Shown here: one piece after another, positions 1 to 12,742 of the stretch | Position numbering within the stretch: position 1 is the stretch's first letter | Layout: each line of letters opens with the position of its first letter | DNA from: Carcharhinus longimanus | Taxonomy: Eukaryota | DNA: 64,000 bases | NCBI GenBank assembly: GCA_030264375.1 | Contig: JASCQW010000032.1 | Coordinates: forward strand, 3,278,610 to 3,342,609 | Direction of reading: 5' to 3' | The notes under the pieces: generated by a model | What the model was told of the DNA's origin: nothing | Databases searched by the model: none | Seen by the model: only the letters and a program-made list of their open reading frames with translations | Position numbers and translations under genes: made by a program

Positions 1-99
1 ATGGTAAATAGCTGAGGCCCCAGCACCGACCCCTGGGGCACTCCACTAGTCACCAACCGCCAATCCGAATAGCACCTTTTGTTCCCTTTAGACGTGACT

Positions 100-440
100 C
101 TTCCATCACACTCGTGGCTGGTCCTCACCTTCTATCATCAGTGAATTTGAAGTCATCCAAAACTCAGCTATCTGTGTCCTAACTCTCACCAGCTATTGCC
201 CCTGTGCTCCTTATGTACATTGGCTCTCAGTCAAGCAGTTTTTTGATTTAAAACTTTCATCTTTGTTTTTGTATCCCTCTGTGGCTTCTCTGTTCTCTTT
301 CTCTATAATCTCCTCCATGATATCTGGTGCTCATTAATTCTGGTCTCTTGTGCATCCCGATTTAAATTGCTCCATAATTAGGGACAGTGCCTTCAGATGT
401 CTAGGACCTAAGTAATGGAATTTCCTCCCTACAGCTTTCT
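100..440 (+). mobile_element. Decayed L2-type LINE 3' region, with a second similar segment at about 945-1030
   Basis: gccttcagatgtctaggacctaag..tggaatttcctccct resembles the AFS.LGPKLWNSLP ORF2 C-terminus. The motif recurs at 990-1028. Confidence 0.55.
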
Positions 441-449
441 GCCTCTCAA

Positions 450-852
450 ACATCAATTCTCCAAACCCAGTGGCAGGAAGGTTCCTGTTCTGCTCATAAC
501 TTAGTGTTGCCATGAGACTCCGAGGAGGACATGGAAAATGCTTTAGAGATCTCCTCAAATCATCCCTGAAGAGGCCAAACATAACCAGCAACTCAAGGGA
601 GACCCTAGCTTATGACCAACCAAAACAGAGATGGTTCATTCAGAATGGCAATGAACACATGGAGAGACCTCATCAGGAACAGAGCTGAAATCAAAGAATC
701 AAATGGAAAGAGCAAACCTCCAAACCATCTATCTACCAACCCTTCAAGCACCACATGCAGATTGTGCATTGGACTCATTAGACATCTCAGGATCCATCAT
801 ATCAGAGTGGAAACAAATCATGCTCGAACCCAAGGGACTTTATAAGAAGAAG
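450..852 (+). mobile_element. RTE-clade LINE 3' end (pseudogenised)
   Basis: Translates in pieces as RGG..KCFRDLLKSSLK..TLA and CRLCIGLIRHLRIH, resembling the RTE C-terminal zinc finger. Ends in an aagaagaag tail. Confidence 0.65.
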
Positions 853-1254
853 ATGGAGGAGGATCTCACTCAAAAATGTAACAATATATGAGACTTTTTT
901 TTAGAGCACAAACCTCTGAAATATATCTGTAAACATCTCATTTGGGCCTCTTGCTCATCACAATTATAATTGTTCCACCATTAGAGACTGTGCTTTCAGT
1001 TGCCTAGGACCTAAGCTATGAAATTCCAAGCCCACACATGGAAAGCTTCCTCCTTGTTCCCAAATGCCAATTGAGAGCAGACCTACATCCTTAGAATTCC
1101 GAGTTTAATTAAAGCTGAGAGTTTACTGAACTAGTTATTGAAAGATTGATGGCATGAATCATGTTGATACAGCTCATACTTGTCAATTTGAAGTTGACTT
1201 TTGATCAACACAGTCTGAATCGTCAAAAATGTGAATGAAACAATTTTAGGTGAC

Positions 1255-1545
1255 AGACATTTGGTAATTCATTCCTCAGGGCAATGCCATGACCAAAGTC
1301 CAACAGCCTGATTTAAATTTCAAACAATGCATAGCAGTTAACTGTTAAACACCATCAACTGGTGAATTTTCCATGGCAATGCCTCTACCAGTCAGATTCC
1401 ACTTGCCAACCAATCAACACTCTCTTCTCATTCAGCATAAATTTCCTTTTTCCTCTGACATTGATATTCTTGCGAGTTGTTCTGTTAAGTGCAAGACCAA
1501 AAGCTTTGACTAAAAAAGTCATCCTTTTCAGAAATGTTCAAGTTA
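1255..1545 (+). mobile_element. Penelope-like element 3'/pLTR fragment with a degenerate hammerhead motif
   Basis: Similar to 10260-10430, the 3' end of a GIY-YIG-coding Penelope fragment. ctgttaagtgcaagaccaaaagc looks like a decayed CTGANGA..GAAA core. Confidence 0.5.
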
Positions 1546-3475
1546 ACAAATAATTCAAATGAAGTAATTTCATATTAAACAGGGTAGACTGGCATCCTAC
1601 AAACAAGAGAAATCCACATTTGCTACAAAAGAGTTATTTGACCTCCCTCTTTATTTTTCAGTTTGCAAGTACACAGTCCATGAGAGATGTGTTTCTAAAG
1701 AAATTGCATCATGCATCAGCACATATGTGAAATCCAAAAGGAATACTAATGTAAGTGCAATTTCGCTGATCGTTTGCAGTGCATACAGAAGATAGATTTT
1801 GAACTTGTGAATACTGCAAGACTGAAAATGGAGCGTTCATTAATGTATTCGAATCTTGCTTGAAGCAAACTTTACAAACAAACAAGTTCGCTGTCTTAAG
1901 CAAACCATTCAATAACCAACCCAAACCCAATAATTGAGTGCGAATTTTTCAGAGATTTATCTGTAACATTTTTGTATTTGAGAAATTGGTTGTGCTGTTA
2001 AAGCAATTGCTGTTTAAATACATTTAATGTAATTACCTAGGAAATACATATTGGGGCAGGTCATAGTCTAGATGATAATACTTGATCTTTGCGCCTTTAA
2101 AAGCCCTGCTGATGAATCAGAAACATCATTTGTGTTGTGTGATGAAAATATATCCCAACTAAAGATTAACTCCTTTGATCTAGATTTTGTTAAAACATAG
2201 CACGCGGTCATCAAAATAGCCCAGAATTCCTGATCCCAGATGTGGCTAAGCCAGTCGCTGCTACAGAGAGGTTGGGGGGAGCGGGGTTGGTGGTGGTCGC
2301 GGTATTGGAACTTCCAGAAGCCAATTTACATTCAAACCCCAAACTTGAGGTTTGTCAGGATTGGCCCTGTTGGACCCCATGTTGACGGCATCCCCAGACC
2401 TGTTGGCTGTAAACTTGGGTTGTTTGCCCAGTGCTTGTTGTTACTCGGTGCAGCCCCTTAAATTCAGAGGATTTAGTTCAAAGTGCTCCAGCACCCCAGC
2501 ATATCTGAAACTGTTTACCTTCCAACCTCCAGCCCTGTTTATTCCTTCCTTCCCAACGTTGCTTACAATCCAACGTGGCTCGACACCATACCTCCCCACC
2601 CCAATGAACCTTCCCAACACCGCTCCTACCTCCCAACTCCACACACCGTTAAACCCCCTCCTGCACCACTGACACTGCTCGTCACCCACCCACCACCCCC
2701 CCCAACAATATTGCCTGTCCCCAACACTTGCTCACCCTCCCCTGCCTCCCAAAATACCTCTCCTCCAATATCGGGGGAGGGGGGGGTTTCAGTTCGTGAC
2801 ATGAACGGGGACAATGGCATCCTTGGAACTCTGCCTCATGCATGGATTTCCAGAATCTCCCGATTGCCGGATACAACTGGGAACAGGACAGGAAGGTCCT
2901 AAGACCCTGATATAAAAAGGGAAGCCCGTAATTTCAGATGTGGTCAGTGCTGTGTACTCCCGCTCTGCTGCTAACTGAATCCAGGCCAATACAACTCTCA
3001 CTGAACTCCAAAAGAACGTCACGAAAACTAAATGAATACCACATTACAAGATCGTTCCTTCCAGAAATAGAACTGCCATCAATTGTTCAAGAGGATAAAT
3101 GTTAAGTTTTACATTTTGACCCCTGTCCTTCCCCAGTCCCACACAGACTGACCGGTGAGAAGTGTGTAGGGCCTTTGAGCGTCTTGAGGTTTTAAAATTT
3201 AATTAAACACCACAAAAAAAAAAGTGACTTTTCAAAGGTTGGTTATTCTGAGAATTATTTTATGATGAAGTCATTCTGAAAACAGTGCCCTCGTTTTTTT
3301 ACCCATGTTAGTGAGATAACTTGTGAAATTAGATTATTCGAATTGGAAACTCTGGTGTGCCTGCCTTGTTATGCAAGAGCCCCTATTTGATTTGTACAAC
3401 AGAGCTAATTATCTGGTTAAACTACGTTACTGATCTAATTTTTTTGTCCTCCCTATTTCTCTACCTTCTGTACAG

Positions 3476-3592
3476 GTTATGCAGCATGTTTGGGTGGAAG
3501 GGAACTCTCCAACCAAGTGCGACCGATGCCACAAAAGCATTAAATGTTACCAGGGCCTCACAGGTCTCCACTGTGTTTGGTGCCAAATCACT
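3476..3592 (+). CDS. DGKG: Type I diacylglycerol kinase internal exon, first part of the C1B domain ([39 protein letters not shown])
   Basis: Polypyrimidine tract and tacag acceptor, gtgagt donor, 117 nt, phase 0-0. Shows the C1 His/Cys pattern (HxWxxxN...CxxC...HCxWC) typical of DGKA/B/G. Confidence 0.93.
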
Positions 3593-3874
3593 GTGAGTAC
3601 AGAGAAAATTAGATGCAATTTTTTTTTAAATGAACGTGCGAAGATTTTTTGAGAAAGCCCGGTCATATTTCATCAGCACTAGAGGGCAGGCTGGATTCGT
3701 GGCACAGTCAAATAATTATTGCCAATGGAAATATTACCTAGATATGCACAGTTTGGATCATGAAAAAAATGCGTTCTCTGAGTTCACCATATTCGCAAGA
3801 TTTTTATTTCAGGTTCTTTTGCGTTTTGTACAAAGTCCAGATGATGTTTCGTTTTATTATTTTATGTTTCATTA

Positions 3875-3951
3875 GGGGCGGCACGGTAGCACAGTGGGTT
3901 AGCACTGCTGCTTCACAGCTCCAGGGACCTGGGTTCGATTCCCGGCTCGGG
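3875..3951 (+). mobile_element. HE1/V-SINE 5' tRNA-derived head, cut by a gap
   Basis: ggcacggtagcacagtgggttagcactgctgcttcacagctccagggacctgggttcgattcccgg with Pol III A and B boxes. Confidence 0.8.
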
Positions 3952-4051
3952 NNNNNNNNNNNNNNNNNNNNNNNNNNNNNNNNNNNNNNNNNNNNNNNNN
4001 NNNNNNNNNNNNNNNNNNNNNNNNNNNNNNNNNNNNNNNNNNNNNNNNNNN

Positions 4052-4330
4052 GGAAATTTGACATGTCAGCTACAACTCTCACCAACTTTTACAGATTTTT
4101 ACAAGAGATGAGTGAGATCCTAAATGAATATTTCTCATCAGTATTTACTGTTGAGAAAAGCATTGATGTTAGGAAACTTGGGGAAATAAATAGTGATGTC
4201 TTGAGGAGTGTACATATTACAGAGAAAGAGGTGCTGGAATTCTTATAGCGCATCAAGATAGATAAATCCCCAGGACCTGATGAAGATATCTCAGGACATT
4301 ACGGGAGGCTAGGGAAGAAATTGCGGGTCC
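4052..4330 (+). mobile_element. Rex1/Babar-like fragment (KFDMSATTLTNFYR) followed by a CR1 ORF2 fragment
   Basis: MSEILNEYFSSVFT...KEVLE...IKIDKSPGPD is a CR1 ORF2 signature. Confidence 0.7.
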
Positions 4331-4367
4331 AAATGACATGCCAAATTCTCTGTGATCGCTCGCAACA

Positions 4368-4549
4368 GCCGGGATTCTCTGGTGGCACACAACCTCCCTC
4401 CACCATCGCTCTACCAATCACAGTGGACAAATTGGCACTCAGCCAAGCCTTCGTCCACTGCAGCGGGACTGGAGAATCCCAGCCACGGGCGAGGTCGGAG
4501 ACTCCCAGCCCATGGGTCCCGCTGTGGACGAGACCAGAGAATCCTGCCC
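4368..4549. mobile_element. Short non-autonomous element with terminal inverted repeats (MITE-like)
   Basis: gccgggattctct ... agagaatcctgccc are inverted termini. Confidence 0.5.
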
Positions 4550-4899
4550 TGTGTCTTTCAGCACCACCTGTCCAAATACCTCCATTGGCTCAGCAACAAC
4601 GTTCATCTGACAACTCCCTCTTGGGGTGTTCTAAGTCGCTATATAAATGCAGGTTCCTGTTGTTGCAGCTTAGCGTAAAATCCAAAAGGAAGCTTTTGCA
4701 GGGTTTTGGGGAAAAGCTGGGGGAGGGGCACTGGATGAATTTCTCTCCCAGTGGTGGCCAGGCTTCTAGCTGCTTTAGCCCCCTCGAGCTCTGGAATTCC
4801 ACCCCTCTCCCACACGCATACTTTGAAGATTTTCCTTAACCCTGTGGCTAAAACCTCCCATCTTTGTCTGCTAAAGGCGGACAAGTCACCAGGACCAGT

Positions 4900-5012
4900 G
4901 AACTGCATGCAGACACGGGGAGAATGTGTAGACTCCGCACAGATAGTGACCCAAGCTGGGAATCGAATCCGGGTCCCTGGCGCTGTGAGGCAGCAGCGCT
5001 AACCGCTGTGCT
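4900..5012 (-). mobile_element. HE1/V-SINE 5' fragment
   Basis: Reverse complement of the SINE head seen at 5158. Confidence 0.8.
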
Positions 5013-5157
5013 AATGTTTTTAATGTCATGTAACTTGCCTCCTGTTCCTTTTATTCCAAGGCAAATGTTGACAAATGAAAGCTAGCATCAACTCTGCAAC
5101 ACTCGCTCCAGGAGACTGCATCAAACTTCCTCTTTGTTACAAATGATGAAACATTTA

Positions 5158-5500
5158 GGATGGCACGGTAGCACAGTGGTTAGCACTGCTGCTTCACAGC
5201 TCCAAGGGACCTGGGTTCGATTCCCGGCTCGGGTCACTGTCTGTGTGGAGTTTGCACATTCTCCTTGTGTCTGCGTGGGTTTCCCCCGGGGTGCTTCGGT
5301 TTCCTCCCACAGTCCAAAGATGTGCGGGTTAGGTTGATTGCCCATGCTAAAATTGCTCCTTAGTGTACTAGGATGCTTAGGTTAGAGGGATGAGTGGGTA
5401 AAATATGTAGGGATATAGGGGGATAGGGCCTGGGTGGGATTGTGGTCTGTGCAGACTCGATGGGCCGAAGGGCCTCTTTCTGCACTGTAAGGTTCTATGA
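5158..5500 (+). mobile_element. Full-length HE1/V-SINE with a CR1-derived tail
   Basis: tRNA-like head, V domain (tgtggagtttgcacattctcc...gggtttcc), tail gggccgaagggcct..tctgcactgta..ttctatga shared with CR1 3' ends. Confidence 0.88.
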
Positions 5501-6899
5501 TTTTAAAATGAAGGGAGAGGAGCAAAGTAGGTGAATCCGTGCATTCAGTTAAGACGACAACTGATGAGATGTGGAAAATAAAGCAGATATTTAAACCATT
5601 GATGTGTATCATGTTAAAATTAGCTTATTTGGTGTTGGTGTCGTGATGTTCATGGAGGGGAAAACAATGCCATTTCAGTGTACAACTCTTCCTTGTGTTG
5701 CTAATTTTATCCTAAACGCTGTCTCACTTGACCTTTTGATTTACGTTTTCCTCGGCGCTGCCATTATGATACTTGCACTGCAAAAGTAATGATTCATCTG
5801 CACGGCTGTCTTCCGTGACATGCTATTGCCAGAGTTTTTTTTACAAAAGCATAGTAATGGAAAGAGGGGTTCTTAAAAGGAGAAAATAAATTTCCATCTC
5901 CCTTACTGACAAGTCCTCAAAGTAGTATTTTACTCGAATTAAACTAAATTTCCAAAGTAGAGATCGCAGCTGCACAAGTCCAGGTTACTGCAGCAAAACC
6001 TGGCTAGGGATGGGAACTGAGCTACTAATACATGCTCTAGCACAGTATTTCTGAGGTCAACTATTTCACTCTAATTAATGTCCCTGCCAACGTCATTAGC
6101 TCAAAACAATCCTAGTTATGTGGGAATGAACATCATGTCCAAACTGCTCTTTTCAGTGTTATTAATGTATTGGCTTGAGGCGCTTGCCTAGATTTCTGGA
6201 TTTAAAACTCCACTCAGGCAAGAAAAGCTATTACAATTCCATATTTTCCCAGTTCTGATCAAGGGTCATGACCTGGAACAGGGGCAGGCTTGTAATAAAA
6301 CACAGGGCCTTGACCAGTGGAGGAGCCCCGTGCTGGCTGATGTCTGTGGGCGCCAATCAGAGCCTGAAGACACTCTGCATTTGAACCTATCAGCAGGCAA
6401 TGCAGAGTGACATGAGACTTTGGCCGAGTCCCCTTACACCAGGAAAACACTGGAGAAAACGTTGAGTGATTAGGAAGACGAGAGGCAGCAGTCAAGGCGA
6501 AGATCTCCTGTGTTTTCTGAAGTAACTACTTTGTGTGTTGGTGGAAAAAAGCCATGAGGAAGGGTGGTAGTGAGCCAGCCAGCAAGTTTGGATTCGGAAG
6601 CAAGCCATTAATGGGGGAGCAGGGGTGACCCGACATCCAGGCCAGGGCTGAGGAAGGCAGAGCAGGCCACAGGCCACTGCCAGGCAGTCAGCACTAAAGC
6701 AAGGTTGTCGAGGTGAGGTGCGAGGTGCCGCTGGGGATGACAAATGGGCAAAAAAAAAATGGTGGTGAGTGAGCCAGCCCGCAGTAGGGACTCGGGGTAT
6801 CCACCATCGAGCTACAAGGGGCGACTTGACTCACAGGGCTGAGAGCAAAACAGGGACTGCACTTTCAGAAAATTCATTTTCATTAAAACTAGGAAAGAT

Positions 6900-7478
6900 C
6901 AGTTAATATGAAATGACGCTATCAATCTGACAATGAAATCACTTTCGAAGGGGAAAGAGAAAATCATCATTGAAACTGTCAGCGTTATTTGTGACATAAT
7001 AATGGTGCAATTGTAGATTAGAAGTGGACCTCTGAAGAAAACAATTCGTTCTGCGAGCTTTTGGACAGAAGTTTGGGTGAGAATGCTAAAAGCCACTGCG
7101 GTGAGAAATAAATACCGGGAGGACATAGTCTCTTCAAAACAAATCTTTTTGAAGCTGAAGTGAAATGGTTCATTCATTTCATGGATAATAATGCTTCCAG
7201 ATCACTAGCTGATTTGTACAGATGCTTTGCAGGCAACCTTCCCAAATGTGGAAACCATTCTGAAAATATTTTTTAAAAACTTGAGACAGATGATTCCAAT
7301 GAATGTTCTTTTTCTGTATTGAGCAGAGTTAAAAAAAAATTTGCAAAGTACAATGAATTAGGAACATCTGACAAGTTCAGCAATATTAATGATTGAAAGT
7401 CCATCTCTGCAACAAGATTTTATCTACAATGATATTAATAATTTTGTAAAGAAGAAGTGCAGAAAAAACTATCTAATT
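6900..7478 (+). mobile_element. hAT DNA transposon transposase C-terminal remnant (dimerisation domain)
   Basis: Frameshifted translation TFPNVETILKIF...ECSFSVLSRVK..LQSTMN.EHLTSSAILMIES...NNFVKKKCRK fits the hAT C-terminal ERSFS motif. Confidence 0.75.
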
Positions 7479-7859
7479 TGCCATGCAAACAAGGGATAGA
7501 ACATAGAACATAGAACACTACAGCACAAACAGGCCCTTCGGCCCACGAGTTGCGCCGATCACGTCAACANNNNNNNNNNNNNNNNNNNNNNNNNNNNNNN
7601 NNNNNNNNNNNNNNNNNNNNNNNNNNNNNNNNNNNNNNNNNNNNNNNNNNNNNNNNNNNNNNNNNNNNNNNNNNNNNNNNNNNNNNNNNNNNNNNNNNNN
7701 NNNNNNNNNNNNNNNNNNNNNNNNNNNNNNNNNNNNNNNNNNNNNNNNNNNNNNNNNNNNNNNNNNNNNNNNNNNNNNNNNNNNNNNNNNNNNNNNNNNN
7801 NNNNNNNNNNNNNNNNNNNNNNNNNNNNNNNNNNNNNNNNNNNNNNNNNNNNNNNNNNN

Positions 7860-8460
7860 AGTGGGGTTCAGACCCCTGCGGTACTCTACCAGCCACTGCC
7901 TGCCAATTGAAAAAAGACCCGTTTATTCCGGCTGTTTGCTTCCAGTCCGCGAGCCAGCTTTCTATCCATCTCAATGAATACATGTAATCCCTTGTGTTTT
8001 ACCTTTATATGGTAATCTGCTATGTGAGACCTTGTCGAAAGCCTGCAGAAAGTCTAAATAAACCGCATTCACAGGTTCTCCCTGGTCAACTCTATTAATT
8101 ACATCCTCAAAGAATTCCGGCATAATTTATCATTTCCTTTTCCTATATCCATGCTGACTTTGTCTGATTGTATCACTGCTTTCCAAATGCAATCCTTGAT
8201 AATGGACTCTCACAACTTCCCTTCTACCAACGTTAGACTTATTGGTCTACAGTTCCCTGTTTTCTCTGTAGCTCCATTTTTGAATAGTGGATTTACATTA
8301 GTTACCCTATAATCGGTAGGAACTGTTCCAGAATCCAAAGAATTTTGGAAAAGGGCCACCAATGGATTTACTATTTCTAGGGCCACTTCCTTAAGTACTC
8401 TGGAATGAAGATTATCAGGCCCTGGAGATTTATCCACTTTCAATCCCAGTAATTTCCCCA
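7860..8460 (-). mobile_element. CR1 LINE reverse-transcriptase fragment
   Basis: KSPGPDNLHSRVLKE...NVNPLFK...NCRPISLT and WIESWL..KQ..GINGSFFNWQAV..VPQGS. Confidence 0.88.
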
Positions 8461-8479
8461 TTTCTCTACTAATATTGAG

Positions 8480-9780
8480 TTCCATTTCATTGGAAATGGT
8501 CTCTGCTAGGCACTTGTGTGGCACAAATGCCAGTTCCCAATTATCCACCAATTATAACATTATCCAGGTCTTACAGCAAGCAAACACAGACTGCTTCAGT
8601 ATCTGATGAGTTGTGAATACTACTGAACACTATGCAATCATCAATGCACATCCCACATCAGAGTATTACTAATGAAGCAGCTGAAAACAGGCCCACGACA
8701 TTACCTACAGTGATGTCTTGCAGTTAAGATGATTAACCTCCAACAACCACAACCAGCTTTCTTTGTGCTAAGTGTGATTCCAATCAGTAGGGAGTTCTCT
8801 CCCGAATTTGCTCTGGCTTCTTAATGTCACATCCACTCAAATGTTATAAGAACATAAGAAATAGGAGCAGGAGTAGGCCATCTAGCCCTTCGAGCCTGCC
8901 CCGCCATTCAATAANNNNNNNNNNNNNNNNNNNNNNNNNNNNNNNNNNNNNNNNNNNNNNNNNNNNNNNNNNNNNNNNNNNNNNNNNNNNNNNNNNNNNN
9001 NNNNNNNNNNNNNNGGATAACATTGGAATAGTTTAGGTTAGAGGGTCATTAGATTGGTTCTACTGGTCGGCGCAACATCGAGGGCCGAAGGGCCTGTACT
9101 GTGCTGTAATGTTCTATGTTTGGACCAAGGCTGTAATGTGGTCAGGCGCTGAGTGACCCTGCCAGAGCCCACACTGAGTGTCAGTAAGCAGGTAGATGCT
9201 GTGTAAGTGCTACTTGACAGAGCTATCAAACTGTCCCATCATTCTGCTGATTACTGAGAGTAGATGGGTGTGGTGGTAATCGGTCAGGTTGTGTTTTGGT
9301 CAGTCTTGTGTTTTGTGGACAGGTTTACCTGAACAATTTGTCACCCTGATGGGTAAAAGACAGTGCTGTAGCTCTACTGGAGCATCCTGGCTGGGAGAGG
9401 AGCTAATTCTGGAGCACGGGTCTTGGGGTACGACAGCTGGGATACTGTCAATTCCTCTGGTCTTTGCTCTGTCCAGAGCCTTCAGTCATTTTGTGGAATT
9501 CCCTGAAATAAATCGAACTGGCTGAAGGTTGGCATCTGTGATGCCGGGACTAAGGCTCAGCTGAAGGCTGTGATGAATCATCTATTCAGCACGTTTCATT
9601 GAAGATGAATCGGGTGATTCAGCTTTGTTCTTTAACACTGTTTGTGGACTTGACCCATCATTGAAGATACTCTGGGGCTTTATCCCCCTGTTAGTTTGTT
9701 AATAGCCAACCACTATTCATGACCTTGCAGCAGAGCTTTGATCTGATCAGGTGGTTGGGGGTTTCTTTGCTTTGTGGAAT
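8480..9780 (-). mobile_element. Decayed LINE segments interrupted by CR1 3' ends near 8847-9120
   Basis: LINE-like minus-strand coding debris, plus the aagaacataagaaataggagcagg and gggccgaagggcctgtactgtgctgtaatgttctatg CR1 tails. Confidence 0.5.
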
Positions 9781-9789
9781 GAATGCTGT

Positions 9790-10445
9790 TTCCTCGGTTT
9801 GTAAGCCTTTCAATGGTGCTACAGTGCAGCGTCTATGTGAGTAATATTTTCCACCAACATTGTGCTACCATCAGTCCAAAAAGACGTTCTCCCTACCACA
9901 CAACTGAGCAATGTCGCGTATGAGTGTCAGTGCCAGTGTGATGTATAGGCTGTAGATCCCAGTAATTGGCAGATTGAATCAAGCAGTGTGCTCCTTCAGT
10001 TGTTCATAATAGACAGAATACAAACCATACGCACCAGCCTATGCTCTCAAAACCCAAAACATTACATCTACTGTTAGATGTAATTTTGCATTTGCTAAGT
10101 AATCCTAAATACACTAATAGCTACACGAACGAGCAATTGAAGATAATCAAATCGAGCTTGCAATGTGGCTCATTTATGTTTGCTAGAAATTATATACATT
10201 TATATAAAGAGGTTTGTTTTCTGCAAACAAAAGGAATAAGTTTAAGACTTGCACATTCCCCAGGAAACTGGAGAGCCTTTGCTTTCTCCATGACTGGCCT
10301 TGGCTAATCAGAGTCTAATTGCCAACCAGCAAAGTATTAATTATTATGATTATTTGAAATTTGGCATTCTTGTGTTTGTCCTGAGAAATGCAAGATGAAA
10401 AGCCTGGGCAAATGTTTTTCTCTTTTCAGCAATGTTCAGGTTCTG
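9790..10445 (+). mobile_element. Penelope-like element, GIY-YIG endonuclease region and 3' end (decayed)
   Basis: LPSVQKDVLPTTQLSNVAYECQCQCD...IKQ...HLLSNPKYTNSYTNEQLKII resembles a PLE endonuclease. A decayed hammerhead-like motif ctgagaaatgcaagatgaaaagc follows. Confidence 0.7.
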
Positions 10446-10719
10446 TAATGCCAGGTGACTATTTGGAATGTTTAGTTTGTGGTGGCTTTTATTTTTTACG
10501 CTTTGGTCAAGTGGGCATTGTGACTAAAGCAAGGCAAAGTGTTGGTGTTGCGGTTACTGACGTTGCACGCTAATAGCAAAAGTCTCGTCTGTTGACCAAG
10601 GTCCTCCACTTCTTCATCTGTGGTCCTTTTACATGCGTGGGTTGCAATCCCACCCTCCTTTTCCTGACCACTCTAATAAGGTCTAACTCACTACCTAACA
10701 TAAAGGAGGTGATTTTCCA

Positions 10720-11770
10720 ACCTTGCCACACCTGGTGCAGATTGCAGCAATCTTGGAAAATAGCGTGTATGCCTAACAGCCTGGCGCCAAATGGTTTTCA
10801 ATTGTCCCAGCCCCTTTCTACCGGCACAAGCCAGCTCATGCCCAGGAAGCGCATGAGGCTGACTAGCATGAAATTGACTCGATTTCAATCTCATTAGCAA
10901 ATATTGTCCCCTCTCCTGGAATGTTCCCACCTTTCCAGCGGGACGTCACATGGACATGAATCAGCGCCTGCCCCCACCATCACAGACCAGGATCGATGGC
11001 TACAGCGAGGAGGCCATTGACGCCTCGAGTGATCGGCAGCATAGGTGGGCAATGCCAGTATGCCAGGGGCAGTCCAATGGGCCTGACTGGGGATGAGGTC
11101 TGACTTAGGGTTACAGTGGAAAGGACCTGAGTGACGGCTACGGTGGAGAGCTCTGATGGTGGTGGGGGACTGTGTAGGGGTGGAGCAAGAAGGGGTCGTG
11201 ATGGGGAGGGCATGTTGGAGGTCACATTGGGGTCATGTTTGGGGGGTCAGGCAAGGGGACCCATCTGGAGGCCCCAATTCCCTGATGTTTAGCAACCTGC
11301 ACTGGGGAAGGGGTTGGGTAATACGCCACTGATTGGGAGTCCCGATGCCTGTGGAAGGAAGGAAAGGATCACCGAGTGCACTGAGAGATTGGGGCACTCT
11401 CTTTCGAAACAGCATCCTAGTGCCCTGAAGCTTGGCTCATTGACATGGTTAGCCTGCCACCCCCACCCCACCCCACCCCCCCCCCAAGTAGCAGCACACA
11501 ACTANNNNNNNNNNNNNNNNNNNNNNNNNNNNNNNNNNNNNNNNNNNNNNNNNNNNNNNNNNNNNNNNNNNNNNNNNNNNNNNNNNNNNNNNNNNNNNNN
11601 NNNNCCCACCCCACCCCCCCACCAAGTAGCAGCACACAACTAATCACACACTCAAAAAGTGACTGAGTGTGGGACTATCGCAGCGTGGAGCGTGCCTGTC
11701 AGACTGGCGCAGATCACTCCTGTGTTCCTGCAGTTATAACACTTAGATTTTATTTGATAAAATTCTGCCC
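10720..11770. mobile_element. GC-rich non-autonomous DNA-transposon-like element
   Basis: GC-rich block ending in aaaattctgccc, the same terminus as the short MITE family in this window. Confidence 0.4.
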
Positions 11771-12465
11771 AAAGAGTTTAATTGCTTGGGACAAAATCTT
11801 CTGGGAAAAGTCTCCCTGATGCATTGCAATGTCTGCACTTTTAACTCCAGCTCAAAAAACTTTTAAACCAAAGTTGCTCGTATTACAGACACTTATTGCA
11901 GATGTAGTTGCCTGGGATCACACTACTCTCCACAACATCCCACACACTTCATATGTGGAGCACTTCCTGCACCATCAGCTCTATCTAATCTTGTTTTAGG
12001 TATTTAATTAAAGTTCTGAAATTAACCCATTTGGTTGATTTTAGACTAATTACAAGGAATAAAAAACAGACCCTTCTTTCTCTGCATTGAATTTACACAC
12101 TCAGCAAATTTTCCATTGTTAACTGTCTTACCAATTCTAAATATTAACCCTCTTTTCAGTTTGACCCATTTAGCATCTTACCAGAGAGTCCCACTCTTAC
12201 CAAATCCTCAACTTCCCAACCTGTCCATGATTCACTCTGCTAACATTGTGCTCAGTCCCTTAGAAGTAAGCATATTTCCACTCCCCATCACTCAAGAAAT
12301 GTCGGTATTTGGGGTAATAATGCTTTACCTCAGCAACCAGTGTCAACATCACTTAGTCCCAGGTAAATATATCAATTAAAGCAAAGCCAAATTTGGTCTG
12401 ATTTTATCCTGCGGATTCCTGGTCACCCAAAATCCACTCATATTGAACCTTTACTAAGAGAAGAG

Positions 12466-12742
12466 GGGGGCACAGTGGCTAGCATTGCTACCTCACAGCA
12501 CCCCGGGACCCAGGTTCAATTCCAGTCTGTGTGGAGTTTGCACATTCTCCCCAGGTCTATGTGGGTTTCCTCTGGGTGCTCTGGTTTTCCTCTCACACTT
12601 CAAGGATGTGCGGGTCAGGTTGATTGGCCATGCTAAATTGCCCCTCAATGTCAGGGGGATTAACAAGGTTACAGGGGTAGGGCCTGGGTGGGATTATTGT
12701 CACTGCAGGGGCCGATTGGCCTCTTTCTACATTCTATGATTC
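12466..12742 (+). mobile_element. HE1/V-SINE (decayed)
   Basis: Head, V domain and ttctatga tail are recognisable. Confidence 0.8.

Noticed and set aside
2105-2130. CTGATGA..GAAAC hammerhead-like core (also near 40632)
   Set aside because: No stem II can form between the motifs and there is no pLTR context. Likely a chance match.
2352-2902. Pro-rich 106-139 aa ORFs (similar ones at 61945-62373 and 52693-53106)
   Set aside because: They arise from C-rich low-complexity interiors of non-autonomous elements and show no domain motifs or splice context.
5158-5235. tRNA-like sequences with A and B boxes (many copies)
   Set aside because: They are heads of tRNA-derived SINEs continuing into V domains and LINE-type tails, not tRNA genes.
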